Positions 8,391 to 12,460 of a stretch of 12,460 nt of DNA are shown here, piece by piece. Source of the stretch: Oligoflexales bacterium (GTDB lineage Bacteria > Bdellovibrionota_B > Oligoflexia > Oligoflexales > Bog-1112); assembly GCA_045105515.1 (NCBI GenBank), contig JBGCDR010000109.1:1-12460 (forward strand), written 5' to 3'. Below the pieces are notes generated by a model that was not told where the DNA came from, did not search any database, and saw only the letters and a list, made by a program, of their open reading frames with translations. A program made the translations under genes and the position numbers. Each line of letters begins with the position of its first letter. The first letter of the stretch is position 1.

Positions 8391-9161
8391 TCAATCTAGC
8401 AAATCAACATTTAAGACTGTTCTGGTTAAAAGCTTAAATTGTTCGTCAGCCCATTCATTTTGAAATCGAATCGATCCAGTAATTAGACCTTCAGAAAATA
8501 CTAAATTTTCTTCTTTAATACTCGAATTTGACATAATATTGTAGACTTTTCCTGTGAAAGAAAAGGTTTCCAAGCTTTCAATTTTGTCGCCAAGCAAGTC
8601 CTCATCAAGCAAAGATTTACCTACGGTTAATGTCTTCGCTGGCACTACATCACCGTTTTCCAATACCATTGGGTGCCCCATGGTAACCTCAAGTTTGCGT
8701 CCAGTTTTTGTCTCAATTATCAAGATATCTTCTTTAGTATCACCTACAACAAAATCTAGCAATTCCACCTCTTGCTCCAATAAGCTGCCTTGAGAAAGAC
8801 TGGTGTAAGCTTGCAACCCACGATCAACTGCCTGTTTCATGGGTGTGTAAAATCCACCAAACCTTATTTTTTGGCTACCTGTAAAACAGCCCTTAGGGCA
8901 CATTCCAGCAGTTGCTAAACCAGATTGGCATGGAGTTGACTCACTAAAAGGGGCTTTAATGCTCGCAAATGACCAATAGTGACTGGCTATATTAGCTGCA
9001 TTTTCAAGTTCTTTAGTAACATAGCCACATTTCCTAGCCCAGGCATTTCTACCTCTCATCTTGGACTCATCTGCAATAATATCTGTGTTGCACCGTTCAA
9101 TATGGCCATAACAGTAAAATGATTGTAAAAATAGCAGCACTTTGAAAATAATTTTTTTCAT
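8391..9161 (-). CDS. Secreted protein with a small Cys-rich N-terminal domain and a C-terminal Hint (Hedgehog/intein-like) autoprocessing domain
   Basis: Signal peptide at about aa 1-19. Hint block A G|CF at Cys92 (codon 8886-8888), block B LEVTMGHP (T160/H163), VPAKTLTVGKSL, block F GKVYNI. The terminal block reads GLITGS rather than HN, followed by a 26-aa tail. RBS AAGGA at 9169-9173. Confidence 0.88.
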   Translation of the reverse strand: MKKIIFKVLLFLQSFYCYGHIERCNTDIIADESKMRGRNAWARKCGYVTKELENAANIASHYWSFASIKAPFSESTPCQSGLATAGMCPKGCFTGSQKIRFGGFYTPMKQAVDRGLQAYTSLSQGSLLEQEVELLDFVVGDTKEDILIIETKTGRKLEVTMGHPMVLENGDVVPAKTLTVGKSLLDEDLLGDKIESLETFSFTGKVYNIMSNSSIKEENLVFSEGLITGSIRFQNEWADEQFKLLTRTVLNVDLLD

Positions 9162-9174
9162 ACTTTAATCCTTT

Positions 9175-10764
9175 TTATATTTTGCGACCTAGATATTCTA
9201 AGTGTCCTAGCACAAAGCCAAATTCATCAAAAATAGTCAAGACTAGTTTAGAGCTAGCAATATCATTGTGATCAGTAGCTAAGATGTTTTCCACCATTCT
9301 GAAATTGCATTTTTTTGAGAAGTTGCCAATGCAGATCCCAGGATGAGTAAGTCCTGTATTAGGATCAATTACTGGGGACAAAAAGCCCACATCAAAGGCT
9401 TCAATCTGACCATTCATCTTTTTCATCATTACAAATGCGCCTAGTTTTCCTCTATCGAAGATGCTATAATTACTGGAAAAATATCGAGAAGTACTTCCGT
9501 CAACTGTGGCGGCAATAAAGTCGACTGCACTCGCATTTGAATGCCCCTTAGCAACAGGATAGACCAACCATTGCCCCATACCGCTAAGATCTCTATATGG
9601 TTTAGGTATATCAATATGAATGGTATCAAGCTCACCAAGAGGGCATCTATTAGTACCTTGTATGCATGATTTTGCAAGCAGAGAAATTTCATTGTTCTGT
9701 TTTTGCAAAGATTTTATGTCCAAGCGCAGCTGCTTTAGTTGTTTATCCTTAAATATAAATCTTGGTTCAGATAGAAGAGAATCCTGCAACAATTTGTTGA
9801 GCGATGCATATTTTTCACGGTTAGAGCTGTAAAGCGTGTAGTAGAAGTTAAGAGCATCTTCCCTATAATGATCTTCAAGATCCTGATGTTGATCTCTTTC
9901 TCCAGCTGCAATGACTTCAGGAAACATATCATAAGATTGTTGAAACCATTTTAAAGTCACTCCATGCTTATATTTAAAAATATCTTCTCGCAATTTTGCA
10001 AGTTCAGTTGTTAATTCATCAGGATTACTAGCATAATCTTCAATGCGATTGCTGCCTCCAACAATTCTTGAGTGGATAGTTAAAATCGACGATTTATGCG
10101 CTAGTGATAGAAGTCTTTCAAACGACGCTTTTGCTTTTACACCGAATCCTGAGTAATCTGACTTTGCTTTAAGCTGCTCGACAACTTTATCCTCAGTGCT
10201 TGAAAATTCATAGAGTAAACTGTAGCGCCCACCAAGCTGCCTTCCAACATAAAAATGCGTCCCACAAGCTCTGTAGAATGCATTTATCCCATGGTTATTT
10301 AGAATATTTTTAGCTTTGTCAGTTAAAGAGAATGAAGGTGAATTAGTTCTGATTTTTTCTTCAGTTACAACATAATTTGCATCAACTAACCAGTAAAAAT
10401 TATCCTTCTTAACATCAATATCTTTAAAATAAGAAAAACTTCCTCCACCATTTCCCCAAAGTCCTTTGGCACTAACACTAGCACTGACATCCAAAGTTGT
10501 ATGTAATTCTGATCGGGACTTGATTTGTGATTCATTGTATAGTCGCGACAGCGCCTGCGGATTTGCGGATAACTCCACCCCATGCACACATGAACCAAAG
10601 GTTTGTGTTTCAGAATAATTGACTCCAGCACCAAGTTCGGGAAGATACAAATTTGCGGATAGAGACGAAATATCAATTTTTTCGTCCCCACATGAAGATA
10701 GAGAGATTGATGCCATCAAGGCGATGTTTCTAGTCAGTTTCTTACAGTCAATTCGAGCTGTCAT
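9175..10764 (-). CDS. MACPF/CDC-superfamily (perforin-like) lipoprotein
   Basis: The likely start is ATG 10764 (RBS GGAGAG upstream), not 10914, giving MTARIDCKKLTRNIALMASISLSS|C with lipobox Cys25 (529 aa). Signature CGTHFYVGRQLGG at 10228-10266 fits the MACPF motif (Y/W)G(T/S)H(F/Y)X6GG apart from position 1. Also an N-terminal LGAGVN...GSCV segment and alternating TMH-like segments LDVSASVSAKGLWG and AKSDYSGFGVKAKAS. Confidence 0.78.
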   Translation of the reverse strand: MTARIDCKKLTRNIALMASISLSSCGDEKIDISSLSANLYLPELGAGVNYSETQTFGSCVHGVELSANPQALSRLYNESQIKSRSELHTTLDVSASVSAKGLWGNGGGSFSYFKDIDVKKDNFYWLVDANYVVTEEKIRTNSPSFSLTDKAKNILNNHGINAFYRACGTHFYVGRQLGGRYSLLYEFSSTEDKVVEQLKAKSDYSGFGVKAKASFERLLSLAHKSSILTIHSRIVGGSNRIEDYASNPDELTTELAKLREDIFKYKHGVTLKWFQQSYDMFPEVIAAGERDQHQDLEDHYREDALNFYYTLYSSNREKYASLNKLLQDSLLSEPRFIFKDKQLKQLRLDIKSLQKQNNEISLLAKSCIQGTNRCPLGELDTIHIDIPKPYRDLSGMGQWLVYPVAKGHSNASAVDFIAATVDGSTSRYFSSNYSIFDRGKLGAFVMMKKMNGQIEAFDVGFLSPVIDPNTGLTHPGICIGNFSKKCNFRMVENILATDHNDIASSKLVLTIFDEFGFVLGHLEYLGRKI

Positions 10765-10847
10765 TATGGTTTCTCTCCGTTCTGGCTGCACTGCTAATCT
10801 TGCCAACTTGGACAATAAACAATATTTTTCGATGGATGAGATAGATT

Positions 10848-10904
10848 TCATAACTCTTTCATTTTCAAATAAAACATCATAACGCTCATTCATTGTCAAA
10901 TAAA
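10848..10904. repeat. Imperfect tandem direct repeat upstream of the MACPF operon, candidate regulator-binding sites
   Basis: TCATAAC--TCTTTCATTTTCAAATAAA (10848-10873) versus TCATAACGCTCATTCATTGTCAAATAAA (10877-10904): 24 of 26 aligned bases identical plus a 2-nt indel. Confidence 0.6.
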
Positions 10905-11010
10905 TTATCACCAAAAGAAAGAGACATCAGTAAGCAGTTACCCAATGTAGAGTAAATGAGTATTAAGCTGTTAAATCCAAATAAGCTAGATATTGGGAAA
11001 AGATCAAAAT

Positions 11011-11269
11011 ATGATATATCTTTTTGTTGATGAAGAAAATATTTTGAAAACTAAGAAATGAAATATTTCAAACAAATAAAGCAGAAAATGAAGCAAGAGA
11101 TTTAAAGCTGAAAATTTATCTAATCAGTAACGATAAAAAATTACAAGATCATTTCTTGAGGCCTTTCAGGTTATTATACTTTGAGTTATATGGTATGCAC
11201 ATCCACTTTAGGGGAGAGGTTTATAAAAATAGATACTATTGGGACTCGAAACTTAGATCATTCAAATAA
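11011..11269 (+). pseudogene. Possible frameshifted small gene or gene relic, not in the ORF track
   Basis: ATG 11011 reads MIYLFVDEENILK. Removing one A from the AAAA at 11047-11050 joins it to a 72-codon open frame 11051-11269 (LRNEIFQTNKAENEARDLKLKIYLISNDKKLQDHFLRPFRLLYFELYGMHIHFRGEVYKNRYYWDSKLRSFK*). Confidence 0.35.
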
Positions 11270-11375
11270 ATTGACAATCAATAATGCATATATCGATTAA
11301 CGATATTGACGCTAAAGCATCTTCATGAAAACGTTTTAAATTATTTACTTTCTATGACTTGAAAGGATTAAAAAG

Positions 11376-12287
11376 TTGGAATTTAATAAGAGAGATTTTC
11401 TTTATCATTTAGGTCTTGAATGGATTGAGGGTAAAACAAATGCAAGGATAAGAGATTTTAGCGATGTTCGCTATATTTTGTTAGGTGGAAAACCTAGGCG
11501 TATGAAGAACTTAGCTAGGAATCTTGAAGCTAATTTAGAACTAGGTCAGATTCACTCTGGGATCCAAGAAGTAGAAGAAGCTACCAAAGCAGGACGGTAT
11601 GTGATGTACAAAATAGGGCCTGTTCTATCGGTAAGTCATGGAATGGGCCGTCCTAGCTTATCAATTCTCTTAGAAGAGTTAGCAAAGCTTCTTTTTTATG
11701 CAAAAAAACACAGCAAAGACCTATTGGCACAGCCAGTTTATTTCTTACGTCTTGGAACCTGTGGGAGTTTAGGGGTCAAACCTGGAAATTTAATATTATC
11801 AACAGAAGCCTTGATGCCTGACCTAAACACAGGTCTTACCAAATACGAGCTTGACCAAAAAGTGAGCTATCCTAGCACCTTTTGTCCAAATTTTTTGCAA
11901 GAAATTCTAAATTTTTCGAAGAAAAATAAACCCTTGCTACCTGTTCATAAGGGAAAAACCATAACAGCAGATGATTTTTACCAAGGTCAGGGCCGCTTCG
12001 ATGGATACTTTAAATCTAGCTATAGTGAGTCCGAAAGGCAAACATTCTTTGAGAAAGCATATAAACTAGGAGTTCGCAATTTTGAAATGGAAGCCGCTGA
12101 GCTTGCATCTTTCTGTAATCGGCCAGATTCCCCCTTATCCTTATCTGCTGCTACCTTGTGTGTTGGATTGGTAGATCGGATGCAAGGGGACCAAGTGACT
12201 AACTCGCTATCAGAAATTAATAGCTGGGAGCAAAGTCTTTTAAAATTTGCAAGCCAATATATCTGTGATGCAATAAAAAGAATTTGA
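11376..12287 (+). CDS. udp: Uridine phosphorylase, eukaryote-type (UPP1/UPP2-like; PNP/UDP family)
   Basis: TTG start with RBS AAGGA at 11363-11367. Motifs DFLYHLGL, DVRYILLGGKPRRM, RYVMYKIGPVLSVSHGMG.PSLSILL.EL.KLL, RLGTCGSLG, DFYQGQGRFDG, GVRNFEME, LVDRMQGDQV. Confidence 0.93.
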   Translation: MEFNKRDFLYHLGLEWIEGKTNARIRDFSDVRYILLGGKPRRMKNLARNLEANLELGQIHSGIQEVEEATKAGRYVMYKIGPVLSVSHGMGRPSLSILLEELAKLLFYAKKHSKDLLAQPVYFLRLGTCGSLGVKPGNLILSTEALMPDLNTGLTKYELDQKVSYPSTFCPNFLQEILNFSKKNKPLLPVHKGKTITADDFYQGQGRFDGYFKSSYSESERQTFFEKAYKLGVRNFEMEAAELASFCNRPDSPLSLSAATLCVGLVDRMQGDQVTNSLSEINSWEQSLLKFASQYICDAIKRI

Positions 12288-12460
12288 CTGGTACATCCAT
12301 AAATAGTCTGATTTCCTAAACTAGTGTCTGGTCGGAAACTAAATTCTTGCCTTTGCAACTCAGTTTTTTTTATCGCGGTTGAAATTAATTTTAAAAACTC
12401 TTCTTATTTTCCAGTGATAAGTGAAAAATACCATATTTTCGGCAATTAAATATCTTCGTG

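Noticed and set aside
8391..8888. Classical self-splicing intein or mobile intein with homing endonuclease
   Set aside because: No terminal His-Asn plus nucleophile, no LAGLIDADG/HNH insert, and no conserved host protein flanking it.
10786..10806. Possible sigma54 promoter (TTGGCA...GC) on the minus strand upstream of the MACPF gene
   Set aside because: The GG-to-GC spacing does not fit the strict GG-N10-GC rule.
2036..10882. Short alternative ORFs in the track (2036-2326, 2561-2974, 3529-3804, 5594-5881, 7426-7635, 7753-7968, 8554-8793, 9441-9692, 9620-9832, 9735-9932, 10386-10691, 10619-10882)
   Set aside because: All overlap longer, motif-supported genes on the opposite strand or in another frame and show no recognisable features.
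10765..10914. N-terminal 50 codons of the 579-aa ORF call
   Set aside because: They would bury the lipoprotein signal. A good RBS precedes ATG 10764 and the region holds a regulatory-looking direct repeat.
11271..11311. TTGACA/TTGACG hexamers and the small palindrome ATATCG-N5-CGATAT upstream of udp
   Set aside because: No -10 element at 16-18 nt spacing, and a 6-bp-arm palindrome is expected by chance in AT-rich DNA.
12020..12460. Minus-strand ORF 12020-12358 and broken frames at the right edge (..EEFLKLISTAIKKTELQRQ..)
   Set aside because: Mostly antisense to the uridine phosphorylase. The edge frames are interrupted by stops and cannot be identified without downstream sequence.

Overview
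AT-rich bacterial window dominated by exported and lipoprotein genes. The style suggests a Bdellovibrionota/Oligoflexia-like or other deltaproteobacterium-like host, which is inference only. Left to right: a probably 5'-truncated hypothetical protein, a small Cys-containing lipoprotein, a lipoprotein with two cadherin-like domains and two ~90-aa Cys-paired repeats, a convergent Gly-rich secreted protein, and an LTA-synthase/sulfatase-family membrane enzyme. Next is a tightly packed four-gene minus-strand operon (6411-10764) encoding a MACPF/CDC-like lipoprotein, a secreted Cys-rich protein fused to a C-terminal Hedgehog/intein (Hint) autoprocessing domain, a membrane-anchored helical protein and a divergent subtilase (S8) lipoprotein. 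The window ends with a eukaryote-type uridine phosphorylase. The MACPF-Hint-anchor-subtilase operon is the strongest candidate for an undescribed system, possibly a protease-activated pore-forming or effector-delivery module. All family calls come from motif recognition by eye; no searches were run.
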